A stretch of DNA of 64,000 bases from Thermoplasmata archaeon (GTDB taxonomy: Archaea > Thermoplasmatota > Thermoplasmata > RBG-16-68-12 > JAJISG01), in contig JBHHZZ010000001.1 of NCBI GenBank assembly GCA_046758325.1, positions 17,016 through 81,015 on the forward strand. Reading direction: 5' to 3'. A model generated the notes under the pieces. It had not been told where the DNA came from and searched no databases. It saw only the letters and a program-made list of their open reading frames with translations. This document shows positions 1 through 10,500 of this stretch, in pieces (position 1 is the first letter of the stretch; every line of letters starts with the position of its first letter). The position numbers and the translations under genes are program-made.

Positions 1-193
1 CAACCTCCTTCACACCCTTCCCGGGGCAGTAGACCACCTCTGGAAAGCCCCTCCTGACAGACCTATGGGTGTCTACCTTGGCAAACCCCAGGTCCTCGAA
101 GGGGAGCCTTCGAAGGGCCTCCATAGCTTGTCCCACGTCCAGCTTTCCCTTCTTAAGCTGCGCCAGAATCGATCTGAGCTTCTCCCTGTCCAT
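1..193 (-). CDS. LarB-like (PurE-family nickel-pincer cofactor biosynthesis) protein, N-terminal fragment running off the window
   Basis: Reverse translation MDREKLRSILAQLKKGKLDVGQAMEALRRLPFEDLGFAKVDTHRSVRRGFPEVVYCPGKG matches the LarB N-terminus; the ATG is the reverse complement of cat at 191-193. Confidence 0.4.
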   Translation of the reverse strand, partial: MDREKLRSILAQLKKGKLDVGQAMEALRRLPFEDLGFAKVDTHRSVRRGFPEVVYCPGKGVKEV

Positions 194-201
194 GGGACCC
201 C

Positions 202-1512
202 TCAGCCAACCTTCTCCCACTTCTCCAGTTCCAACACGCTGGAGAGAGTCCCCCCGCGCTTGATCTCCTCTCGAATCCTGTTCTCCCTCTCAAGGACGTC
301 CAGGGCCCTGTTGGCTATCTCCACCGCCACCTCCTGGGGAACGACGACCACACCGGTCTCGTCCCCGACGATCCAGTCTCCTGTCCTGACCCTCCGACCC
401 CCACAGATGATCTCCGGGCCGATCTCTCCGTGCCCCTTGGGCTCACCCGCGTGGGGAACAAGCCAGCGGGCAAAGACCGGGAAGTCGATGTCCAGGATGG
501 TGTCGATGTCCCTGGTAGCGCCGTCGATGACCACGCCCGCCACGCCCTTCACCTTGCAGCTCCACGATGCCAGTTCGCCCCACACCGCCGTCTTCCCACC
601 GCCAGCTTCCACCACGATGACCGTCCCCTTGGTGGCCTTGTCTATGGCCTCGACGGGTTTCGCCCAGTCGCCGTCGGCCGTCTTCACGGTGAGGGCCCGG
701 CCCACCATCTTGGTCCCCCTGTTTATCCTCGGGATGATTCCCTCCATGGGTCCCCTCTTCTGCATGGCGTCAGCGATGTTGGGGGTCGAAACCTTGCTGA
801 AGGCCCCGTAGAGCTCCTCCTTCCCGTATTTCTTGTACAGTCCGGTGCGTATCGACCTGACCTCATCTATGGCCTTCCTGAGGGCCTCCGTGGCCTGGGT
901 GACGTTGGGCTCCTTTATGATGGCGCCACCCACGATGATGATGGTGGCTCCCGCCTTCAGGGCCTGGGCCACCGTCTCTGAGTTTAGGCCCCCGGCCACG
1001 GCGATGGGTATGTTCACGGCCTCGGCCAGGGCCTTCAGCTCCTCCAGCGGGGTCCTGGCTATCATCTGCTCATCGATGCTCACGTGATGACAGAGGTAAT
1101 CCACGCCCAGGGCCTCGACCTCCTTCGCCCTCCTGACCTTGTCCTGGACGGCCATCAGGTCCCCCATGATCTTGGCACCATAGCGGCGGGCGGCCTTGAC
1201 AGCTTCCAGGACCGTGGCGTCGTCGGTCACCACCATGACGGAGATCACCTCCGCACCGGCCTTGGCCGCCATCTCCACCTCGAAGGCTCCGGTGTCCATG
1301 GTCTTCAGGTCAGCAACGATCACCCTGTCAGGAAAGGTCCGCTTCAGGGCCCTAACGGCCTCCAAGCCTTCGCTCTTTATGAGGGGGGTCCCCGCCTCCA
1401 GCCAATGGGCGCCGCCCTTGACGGCCTCCTCGGCCGCCTGTAGGGCCCTCTTGAGATGCATGAAGTCGAGGGCCACCTGAAGGACTGGCCGCTCTAGCAT
1501 GTCACGTTCCAT
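202..1512 (-). CDS. 3-hexulose-6-phosphate synthase (OMP-decarboxylase-like TIM barrel) fused to an RraA-like (MenG/RraA family) C-terminal domain
   Basis: N-terminal PVLQVALDF...VIVADLKTMD...IAVAGGL matches the HPS/KGPDC family. C-terminal ...GTKMVGRALTV...GTVIVVEAGG...GVVIDGATRD... matches the RraA fold. Start taken at internal MERDML. Confidence 0.6.
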   Translation of the reverse strand: MERDMLERPVLQVALDFMHLKRALQAAEEAVKGGAHWLEAGTPLIKSEGLEAVRALKRTFPDRVIVADLKTMDTGAFEVEMAAKAGAEVISVMVVTDDATVLEAVKAARRYGAKIMGDLMAVQDKVRRAKEVEALGVDYLCHHVSIDEQMIARTPLEELKALAEAVNIPIAVAGGLNSETVAQALKAGATIIIVGGAIIKEPNVTQATEALRKAIDEVRSIRTGLYKKYGKEELYGAFSKVSTPNIADAMQKRGPMEGIIPRINRGTKMVGRALTVKTADGDWAKPVEAIDKATKGTVIVVEAGGGKTAVWGELASWSCKVKGVAGVVIDGATRDIDTILDIDFPVFARWLVPHAGEPKGHGEIGPEIICGGRRVRTGDWIVGDETGVVVVPQEVAVEIANRALDVLERENRIREEIKRGGTLSSVLELEKWEKVG

Positions 1513-1649
1513 ACCGATGGCGATGTTAAAGCTTTGTCTGCGGCGCCGGTCCGTGGGAAGTCCCACGCCGCGCCGAGACCAGAGACTCAAAATCCTGGTT
1601 GATAACGATTGAGAAAACATGATAAGCGGAGGCCTAGGATAGCAGTTCT

Positions 1650-2399
1650 GTGTCCAAGACCGTGGAGGCTTCTGAACGGGAGAGGTGTTTGACGGGCATC
1701 GACGCTCTAGACAACATCCTCAACGGAGGCATCCCCTGGGGCAACACCGTGCTGGTGACGGGGAGCTGCGGCACCGGGAAGACCTCCCTCAGTCTGGAAT
1801 TCATCCTCCACGGGGCGGAGGAGGGAGAGATCGGCCTCTTCGTCGCGGCCACTGAGACTCCGGAAAAGCTCATAGGGAACATGATACCCTACGACTTCTT
1901 CGATTCGATGATGATGGAGGATGGGATGGTCCATCTGGTGGACCTCCATGACCTCTACAAGGCCGCTGGGATAGGAGAGCCAGAGATCGACAGGAAGAAG
2001 GCTGAGGCCCTGGTGAAGGCCATCGTTGCCGCCGTCAAGGAGAGGAAGGCGAAGCGGCTCGTGATAGACTCCATAACCTCCATCTGCGCGAGGCTAAACA
2101 CCGGAGACAGGATTCGGGAATTCATCACCGCCCTCAGCCACGCTCTCGCCAAGCAGGGCTGCACCGCCCTCCTGGTCTCGGAGGTCTCGGCGGGCTCCCA
2201 CGTCTACTCCCCCTACGGCGTGGAGGAGGCCGTGGTGGATGGCGTCATCCTCCTCGGGAACCTGGAACGAAGGGGAGACCTGCTGAGGACCTTGCAGGTA
2301 GTCAAGATGAGGGGAACGACCCACTCCAGGGCCATGTACATACTGGACCTCACCTCCTGCGGCGTCCTGCTGGCCCCCCTCCTCAAGGGAGGTGGGTAG
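1650..2399 (+). CDS. KaiC-like single RecA-domain ATPase
   Basis: GIDALDNIL...VTGSCGTGKTSL Walker A with a KaiC/RadA-like core; GTG start. Confidence 0.7.
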   Translation: MSKTVEASERERCLTGIDALDNILNGGIPWGNTVLVTGSCGTGKTSLSLEFILHGAEEGEIGLFVAATETPEKLIGNMIPYDFFDSMMMEDGMVHLVDLHDLYKAAGIGEPEIDRKKAEALVKAIVAAVKERKAKRLVIDSITSICARLNTGDRIREFITALSHALAKQGCTALLVSEVSAGSHVYSPYGVEEAVVDGVILLGNLERRGDLLRTLQVVKMRGTTHSRAMYILDLTSCGVLLAPLLKGGG

Positions 2400-2966
2400 T
2401 TGGCCCTCGCTACGGATGCCATGGGCAAGCTGCTGGAAATGCCGCCAGCATCGGCCGTCGCTATGGTGATGAAGGCGGAGCATTACTTCGATGCCGTCAG
2501 GGTGATCCTGGACGTGTTCGCTCCCAAGAGAGACGTTCATTCCATCTACGTCACGGCCACCATACCCTCCAAGTCCATCATCAACGCCCTGGAGGTCCTA
2601 GACGTGGACCTGAAGAGGACCTACTTCGTCGACTGCGTCTCGAGCATGATGATGGGCATCGGCGAGAGACATGAGAAGGCGGTCTATGTGGAGAGCCCCA
2701 GCATGCTGGAGAACATCATGCTCAAGGTGGAGTTCCTCATCAGGAAGCTGAAGGGGGTGGACTGCGTCGTCGTCATCGATTCCATAAACTCCCTGGCGAT
2801 CCACAACAGCCCCAAGATCCTCTCTGAGTTCCTACACATCCTCATCAACCATCTGCGATCCAGGAACGCGTACACCGTCATCTTCGCCATGGAGGAGTAC
2901 GCCACCGAGGAGATAGGAAACATCCTGAACCTGGTCTGTGACGACTCCGTCACCTTCACCGGCTAG
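2400..2966 (+). CDS. Degenerate KaiC/RecA-like domain protein lacking a Walker A motif
   Basis: Layout resembles a KaiC second domain (VVVIDSINSL, TVIFAME) but has no P-loop. It begins at TTG one nt after the TAG stop of the upstream KaiC-like gene, with GGAGGTG 7 nt upstream. Confidence 0.45.
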   Translation: MALATDAMGKLLEMPPASAVAMVMKAEHYFDAVRVILDVFAPKRDVHSIYVTATIPSKSIINALEVLDVDLKRTYFVDCVSSMMMGIGERHEKAVYVESPSMLENIMLKVEFLIRKLKGVDCVVVIDSINSLAIHNSPKILSEFLHILINHLRSRNAYTVIFAMEEYATEEIGNILNLVCDDSVTFTG

Positions 2967-3057
2967 GCGAATACCATTGGTGAGAATCGTAGGAAAGGGT
3001 TTATCTAGATTCCATCAGACCTCCTCCTTCGTAGGGAAACCTACAGGAGGACAGAAC

Positions 3058-3516
3058 TTGAGAAAGCCATGGGCGATCCGAAAGGATCAGGCCGCAGTGT
3101 CGCCGGTTATTGCTACCATCCTCATGGTGGCGATCACCGTCGTCCTGGCCGCAGTCCTGTACGTAATGGTATCAGGACTAGTCAGTGGTCCTGGGTCGAC
3201 GCCTGAAGTCATACTAGTCTCGGTCAGAAAGACCACAGACGGCACCAACTGGGAACTGACCTTCCAGGACGTTCCCACGGGGAAGAGCCTATCTTCCGTC
3301 TATCTGATTGTCTTCTACGGCAACGGAACCGTTGCACTGACGAAGACTGCCCTTAGCTCGCTAAGCGGCAACGCCCAGTTCGTACAGATAGATACTAGCG
3401 CAACAAGCATACAGGCCGGAGACAGGTTGCTGCTGAGCGTCACTACGTACGCAGCAGGCTCCACCTTCCAGTTGGTGGATGACAACGGCGTCCTAGCAAC
3501 GGGAACACTACAGTAG
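3058..3516 (+). CDS. Archaeal class III signal peptide (type IV pilin-like) protein
   Basis: MRKPWAIRKDQAAVSPVIATILMVAITVVLAAVLYV is a prepilin-like N-terminus. TTG start sits 8 nt downstream of GGAGG; an alternative ATG at 2938 overlaps the upstream gene. Confidence 0.5.
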   Translation: MRKPWAIRKDQAAVSPVIATILMVAITVVLAAVLYVMVSGLVSGPGSTPEVILVSVRKTTDGTNWELTFQDVPTGKSLSSVYLIVFYGNGTVALTKTALSSLSGNAQFVQIDTSATSIQAGDRLLLSVTTYAAGSTFQLVDDNGVLATGTLQ

Positions 3517-3523
3517 ACAACGC

Positions 3524-3556
3524 GGGAGTTTCCCGCACCTCCCCCTTTTTATTTTT
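3524..3556 (+). terminator. Hairpin (gcggga-gtt-tcccgc) followed by the oligo-T run ccccctttttatttttcg
   Basis: Inverted repeat plus T-tract immediately 3' of the pilin-like gene. Confidence 0.4.
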
Positions 3557-3766
3557 CGTTATTCTTGTAAACGGAAGTGGAAGCCAGAGGAGGACTTTCG
3601 TCGGGTAGACTTCGGGTCGGCCCAACCGATGCGGACGACTGCTTCGAGAAAAGTCGGTGCCACTCAGATCGCCCATCATTCATCATCCTCAGCGTCGGTA
3701 CTTGTCATCACAGCGGCCTTATTGTTATGAACCTCCGATGCCTTATTGGTTGCGGTACGAGGTATC

Positions 3767-4270
3767 ATGGCTGTCATCAGACTCTACGCATACCACCAGG
3801 AGCTCTGTGATCCCAAGAGGTGCACCTCGAAAAAGCTCGCCCGGCACGGATTGCTTCGACTGGTGAGCCGCCTGAAGAATCTGCCCAGGGGTTCCGTAGT
3901 CCTGAACCCCGTGTCGGGGACCGCCCTCTCAAGAAAGGACGCCGCCGCCGCGGGACACCATGGCCTGTGTGTCCTGGACACCTCATGGAGGTCCGGGAGC
4001 TTTCCTAGGGTGAGGGGATGCAGGGAGCGGACCCTCCCCTATCTCGTCGCCGCAAACCCGGTGAACTATGGGAAGCCCATCAAGCTCTCCAGCGCTGAGG
4101 CCCTGGCCGCGGCGCTGTACGTCATGGGGTATGCAGAGCAGGCCGAGAAGCTGTTGTCGAAGTTCAAGTGGGGCCCCATCTTTCTGCAGCTCAACGCTGA
4201 GCCCCTGAAACTCTATCGAGAGGCTGAAGACAGTTCAGAGGTCGTTGCGGCCCAGGCCGAGTTCATCTGA
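3767..4270 (+). CDS. tsr3: Tsr3 (DUF367) 16S rRNA aminocarboxypropyltransferase
   Basis: IRLYAYHQELCDPKRCTSKKL signature. Confidence 0.65.
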   Translation: MAVIRLYAYHQELCDPKRCTSKKLARHGLLRLVSRLKNLPRGSVVLNPVSGTALSRKDAAAAGHHGLCVLDTSWRSGSFPRVRGCRERTLPYLVAANPVNYGKPIKLSSAEALAAALYVMGYAEQAEKLLSKFKWGPIFLQLNAEPLKLYREAEDSSEVVAAQAEFI

Positions 4271-4439
4271 GGTCGGGAGGCAGGAGGTTTGGAATGCCCT
4301 CCTTTATCTCATAAGTGTAGTCGCACTGATGGCAGATGAGCCGCCCCTCCAATACCTCATCCTCCTCCACATCCACCTTGAGTTCCAAGTCGCCCTTGCA
4401 GACAGGACAGCAGAGGATGTCCATCAGTTCTCGCTTCAT
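4263..4439 (-). CDS. Trm112-like small zinc-finger protein
   Basis: MKRELMDILCCPVCKGDL...GRLICHQCDYTYEIKEGIPNLLPP. Confidence 0.55.
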   Translation of the reverse strand: MKRELMDILCCPVCKGDLELKVDVEEDEVLEGRLICHQCDYTYEIKEGIPNLLPPDLR

Positions 4440-4552
4440 CCGTGACCATAGACTTCCAGGCGAACTTAAACCCTTCGTCGGCCATTTAATCAGGAACCCG
4501 CTGGAAATAGATAAATAGGGGCGCCCTGTCAGTATCCAATCCAGGTGGGGCC

Positions 4553-7500
4553 TTGGCCGAAGCAAAGACCATTAGGCAGACAATCAGCGTCACCCTCATT
4601 CTAGGTGGCATCTTCGCCCTCGCCGTCTTCATCCGGGCCTACTTCGCCTACGACCTGGCCCTCCGGGACTTCCTCGTGTCGGGAGGTTCCGACGCCTTCT
4701 ACTACAAACGCATCATCGACTACATCGTCTCCACGGGGAAGCACCTCGTCCGGGATGAGATGCTGAACTATCCCTTCGGAATGAACAACCCCAGGCCCCC
4801 CATCTACGCCTGGAGCGTGGCCCTCATCGGCATCCTGCTGGGCAACGTGCAGGGCTCCCTGGAGCTCGGAATATGGCAGAGCTTTCTCTTCTCCACCGCC
4901 TTCTGGGGCGCCCTCACCATCTTCCCCACCTACTTCCTGGCCCGGGACATCTTCGGCCGTCGGGTCGGGTTCGTGGCTGCATTCTTCTTGGCGATCCTCC
5001 CGGCCCACATTCAGAGGACGCCCCTGAGCAACGGGGACCACGACGCCCTCGTCCTCTTCTTCGTGGTGACTGCCTTCTACTTCTTCCTGAGGGCCTTGGG
5101 AGAGCTCAAGGAGAAGACCTGGGTGGACAACTGGATCAGGCCCACCACCGTATATCGGGGTTTGAGGCAGCTCATCGGGGAGAATAGAAGACCCGTCCTC
5201 CTATCGATCATGTCCGGCACGGCCATAGCGGTGGTGGCTCTCACCTGGCAGGGGTGGGCCTATGCCCCGGTGGTCGTAATAGCCTACTTCCTGGTCCAGC
5301 TCCTGGTGCACAAGTTGAGGAACCAGGACCCCCTGGGCACCCTCCTGTGCTTCACCGTGGCCCTGGGAACCGCTCATCTCCTGGCCGCTCCCTACTACAT
5401 CGCAACCGGCTTCGTCCGCACATGGTTCGACGTGCCCCTATTCCTCTTCGCCGCCTCTGTTGCCCTGGGCTTCCTCTTCGCCATCTTCCATCGCCTACCA
5501 TGGATGTTGGTCATCCCGCCCATCGTCCTTGGCTTCGGGGCCGGTCTTGCCATCGCATCCCTCTACAGTCCGGCGGTGGCCCAGACCCTGACCTCCGGTC
5601 TCGGTTACTTCGTCAGGACGAAGGTCTATGAGACCATCGCCGAGGCCCAGCCCCCTAACCTGAGCCAGGCAATCCTCTCCTTCGGCGCCGTGACATATTA
5701 CCTCTCCATGGTCGGCATCGTCTGGATGGCCATCCAGTTTGTTCGGAGGCCAAGGCTCCATTATCTCTTCGCCCTAGCGTGGAGCGCTGCGGCCATCTTC
5801 ATGGCCATGTCAGCCGTCCGGTTCATCTTCAACGCTTCCCCCGCCTTCGCCATCACCTCGGCGTGGGTGACGGTCCTCATCGTGGAGAGGCTGGGGCTAG
5901 AGCAGGTGAGGAAGGCCGTGGTATCCACGGGCGGGAGCAAATGGGTGGCCCTCAAGAGGGGGATAAAGGTCAGGCATGTGGCCGGAGCCCTCTTCGTTGC
6001 CCTTCTCCTCATCCTTCCTAACACCTGGTACGCCGTAGACGCTGCCATACCCTTCGAGAAGAAGCAGGAACTGGATCTGGAGGTGTACAGGAGCACGCCG
6101 GAGCCCCTGAGGCCCCAGGGCTACAGGGAGGGGAGTCTCTTCTACTTCGGCGCCTTCGGTTACAGTCTTCCCCTACCCAACAGGTACTTCCCGAAAGCTT
6201 GGGAATGGCTACGCCAGCAGGACGCCGACATAGTGCCGTATTGGGAGCGACCTGCCTTCCTGAGCTGGTGGGACTACGGGTTTGAGGCCATCCAAGAGGG
6301 CAGGCACCCGACAGTGGCGGACAACTTCCAGAACGGTCTCGAGTTCGCGGGTCACTTCCTGGCGGCCCAGAGCGAGAACGAGGCCATCGCGGTACTGAAC
6401 ATACGCCTCCTCCATGGAGACTTGACCCTCAACCGCGGCAGCTTCAGCGCGGGGGTCCGACAGGCCCTGGCCGATAAGGGCCTGGACCCTGATTTCGTGA
6501 AGGACGTCCTTCGCAGGCCCGCCGTCTACGTCCCCCTCATTAGGTCAGACCCGGATCGCTTCGGGGAATGGGATGTCCGACTCTCCAGCAAGAACGTGAG
6601 GGTGATCTTCCTCAAGACCGTGCTGACGGAGACGCTGGACCTGGACGGTCAGGCTGATCTCTATAGGGACCTGAGAAGCGCCACGGGCAACTCCGTCCTC
6701 TATTTCGCAGTCGACTCCCGACTCGTGCCCTTCTCAGGGACGAACACCGGGATATTCTACGCACCCATCAAGCTCACAGACCACAGAACGGTGGAATTGC
6801 CCGATGGCAGGAGCATACCCGTAGACTTCTACAGACTGGTGGCAGAGACAGACCGGGGGGAATATGACCTCGAAAAGGTGCCGCCAACGGCCAGGGTCAT
6901 CAACATCCGCATCGAGTACAAGGAGATGTTCTACAACAGCATGCTGTACAGAATCTTCTTCGGAACTCGCGGCCAGGACGTGGGTAAGGAGGACGATGGG
7001 CTTCCCGGGATATCTGGACAGCTGCAAGCAGAGGCACCCAGCCAAGGCCGAATGCTGAAGCACTTCAAAATGGTTTATCGAACGGCGTATTTCAACCCGA
7101 ACCCGCCCGACGAGGCCGCCAACAGAACGGAGGACTGGAGTGCCATCAACCTGTTCGACGCTCTGGAGCTGCAACAGAGCATCGAACGCGGGGAAGCAGA
7201 GGGGACCGTGGACATCTCGGCCCGAGCAAGTCTGCAACAGGGAATCGTCATCCTGAAGTACTACGACGGGGCCATCCTTAGGGGCCAGGTCACGACTCAG
7301 GCAGGCAGACCGCTGGAAGGAGTAAGGATAACAGTGCTCGACGACCTTTCCATACCCCACGATGTCACCTTCACAGACTCCAAGGGATTCTACGAAGCCC
7401 TGCTGCCCTTTGGGGAGGTCCGGGTGGTGGCCTCCGTGGGAGATGTGGACGGCGCTACCCAGACTGGGAGAACTGTCCTGGGCGAGAAAGAGCTGACGGT

Positions 7501-10500
7501 GAGCGAGGACCAGGCAATGAACCTCCCTCTGGACGTCGACGGCGATGGTCGCCCTGATTACCTCCTAGAGGAGCTGTTCCAGATCCAGGGGGCATCCCTG
7601 GAGGGCGTCGCCTTCCTGGACCTCAATGGAAACACGAGGAAGGACATGGAGGAAGGCACGCTTGAGGGACTGCAGGTGGAGGTTACGGACAGTAAGGGTG
7701 GTACCGTTGCCGCGACCCTGACGGACGCCGACGGGTTTTATCGGGTCACTGACCTCCTACCTGGCACCTACAACATCTCTCTCAGACGCGCGGACGCAAA
7801 GGTGGTGGAAACGGAAGTGACCATAACCCTGGGCGAGCGCAGGACTCAGGACCTGCCCGTCTTCGTCAAGCAACTGGCTGGCAGGGTGGTGGACGAGTTA
7901 GGTGGACCGGCGGAGGGAGCCCTAATCCAGCTGACGGAAGAGGCCACAGGCGTGCGGATCGTGACGGTGGCGAACGGCAAGGGAAACTACACCTTCGAAG
8001 GGCTCTTCGAGGGCAACTATACGCTGGAGGCCACCCTCGGAGAACGGGGCTCCCTCCCCAGGAGGTTGAGGATTGTACGGGGACAGAACACCACCGGAGA
8101 CCTAGAGGTGGAACCCATGGGCGAGCTCACAGGGAGATCCCTCCTTTCGTTTGTGCCGGCGCCTTTCGTGTCCTTTACATTGTTGAGGAGAGGGGACGGT
8201 CTTGCCGCAACCGTCATTAGCGACTCCTCAGCTCGCTTTGACGTGAGGTTGCCTGAAGGCACTTATGATGTCTACGCCTTGCACTTCGAGAGGAGCAGAC
8301 CCTACAGCTTTTTGGGAGCCCTCCAAGTGGGCGAAGGGAGCGTTCAGACTCTAGAGTTGAACCTCCAGCCCGCCTTGAGGGTCCATGGAAGCATCGTACA
8401 AGAGGACGGGACCGGGGCGGGCGGGGCCCACATTACTTTCGAGATGTCCGGGGCACAGACTACCCTCGTATCTGACAATGACGGCTCCTTCCTGGTGTAC
8501 CTACCACCTGGACCCTACAACTTGTGGGCCCTCTCGGAGGAGGGACAGCATGTATCCTCCTTGCTCTTGGAGACGACCACAAGTCTGGAGGTTCTCCTAG
8601 TAAGCGGGACGCCCGTGGAGGGAAGGGTTTTCTACGACAAAAACCGGAACGCCACGTGGGATGCCGGAGAGGGGCTGGAGGGCGTGCGGATTCAGCTCGT
8701 CGATTCCTCTGGAAGAGCCCTGTCTGTCATCACCCAGGAAGAGGGGAGGTACCGGGTTCCGCTCCTAAAGGAGACGAGCTACCGGCTGAGCATCGATGAG
8801 GCTGGTTTCACACCTATATCCCTCGGACCCTTCACGGCGACAGAGATGGCCGGCGTCGCCATCATCGAGCTGAGGCCTGAGACCCTTCAGGTTTCCGGAC
8901 GCCTCGAGGGGTCGGTGGACCTGGCGGGTATCGGTGTCCTCCTCGACGCCATCGGGGACGGCGCGACCTCCGTCGAGGTGACGACAGACGCCGCGGGCGC
9001 CTTCTCTGCCGAGGTCCTCCCTGGACTTTACAGGTTGGTAGTCGACGTCAGGGAGGACGGTGGCGGCGATGGCGTGAGAATCCAGAACCTGCAGGAGGAG
9101 ATTCTGAGGGTTCCCGTAGGAAAGGACGTGGGGCCCATCCTCATTCGAGTGGTCAGAAGGGTACTGGTGGAGGGGCAGATTGATGTGGAAGGGGGCCCCT
9201 TTGAGGGGGCACTTTCATTTATCGGCCCTGAGGAGGCCTCTCTCAACATCCAGGGGGAGTTCGCAACATACCTGCAGCCGGGAAACTACACTATCTACGC
9301 GACCGCCCAGCTGAACTTCAAGAAGTATGCGCTCCTGGAGCACAGAGACCTCACATCACCGGCAAACCTCTCCTTCACCCTAGATGAGGCCGCGGTTCTG
9401 TCAGGGGGTGTGAAGGTGGGAGATTCCATCGTCTCAAACAGCATTCCCCTGAGCTTCCTCCGCCAGGATGGGGCAAGGGTGGAGCTGCAGACTGAGGTCT
9501 CAGGGACCTACCTGGCAATCCTCTCTGGTGGTACATATCAGGTAAACCTCGAGTGGCGGGGCCTGGACGAGGTTGACGGCCTTCGGAGATTCGTTCGCTA
9601 TACCTTCAGTCAGGAGGTAACGGTCCAGGGAGGACAACCGGAACAGCTTGACCTCACGCTGAGCAGGTCCCTGGACAACGCTACCCTTGTGACTGAAGTG
9701 CTCCTCTCTGACCAGCTGGTCTCAGCTACCCTCACCTTTGAGGCAGCAAATGAGACAGCGGTGTCCACAACTGTCAAGGCTCCCGCTGGGACCTCTTTTG
9801 AGGTCTCTTTGGCGCCTGGAACCTACAGCATCTACGCCTACAGGGACACGGGCAAGTCGGTAAACCTGACCATGCTGGAGGTGGTGCCCTACATGAGCAA
9901 CGAGGCCACACTTCGCCTGGAGGCTGGATATAGAGTCGCCGGCGTCGTCTCTCTCGAGGATGGCACCAAGGAGACAGCGAGGATAGAGTTCACGTCGGTG
10001 GCAAGCATTAGCTTCGACTCCGACGGGCTAGGCATCTTCGAGGCGTATCTCCCCAAGGGCCAGTACCAGGTGACGGCCACCTCCCAGAGGCTCGAAAGGG
10101 GGATGCTCGTCGACTACGAGTTCTCTGGTCCCCTGGACATCAGGGAGAGTACCCTCCTGAACCTGCAGCTGGCCAGGGTAACCTTCCAGGGCGTGGAAGT
10201 CATATGGGATCCGTTGGAGAGGACCAGCGCCCTTCCAGGAGAGGGAGCGGTGTACACCCTGACCTTGAGGAACACGGGAAACGTGGAGGACAGCTTCAGA
10301 CTGGAGGGCCGACCCCAGGACTGGGGATTCGACTTCGACCCCCCAGTCGTGACCCTGCCCTTCGGTGAGAGTAGCGAGACTACCGTCAAGCTTACCATCA
10401 CCTCTCCCGACGACGCCGAGGTGGCTCATGAGCCTCTCGTCATCGAGGCCGTCTCCACCTCCAATGCCAGCGTTATGGAATTCACCCAGGTTGAGCTCGA

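Noticed and set aside
65-1480. Listed ORFs 65-811, 430-981, 833-1087, 1084-1443 and 1196-1480 on the plus strand
   Set aside because: All lie antisense to or out of frame with the well-supported HPS-RraA gene. The GC-rich sequence keeps long spurious frames open, and none shows recognisable similarity
2397-2400. In-frame TAG between the two KaiC-like ORFs as a possible pyrrolysine or read-through codon
   Set aside because: A GGAGGTG Shine-Dalgarno plus a TTG start immediately after the stop explains the second ORF as an independent gene. No Pyl machinery is seen in the window
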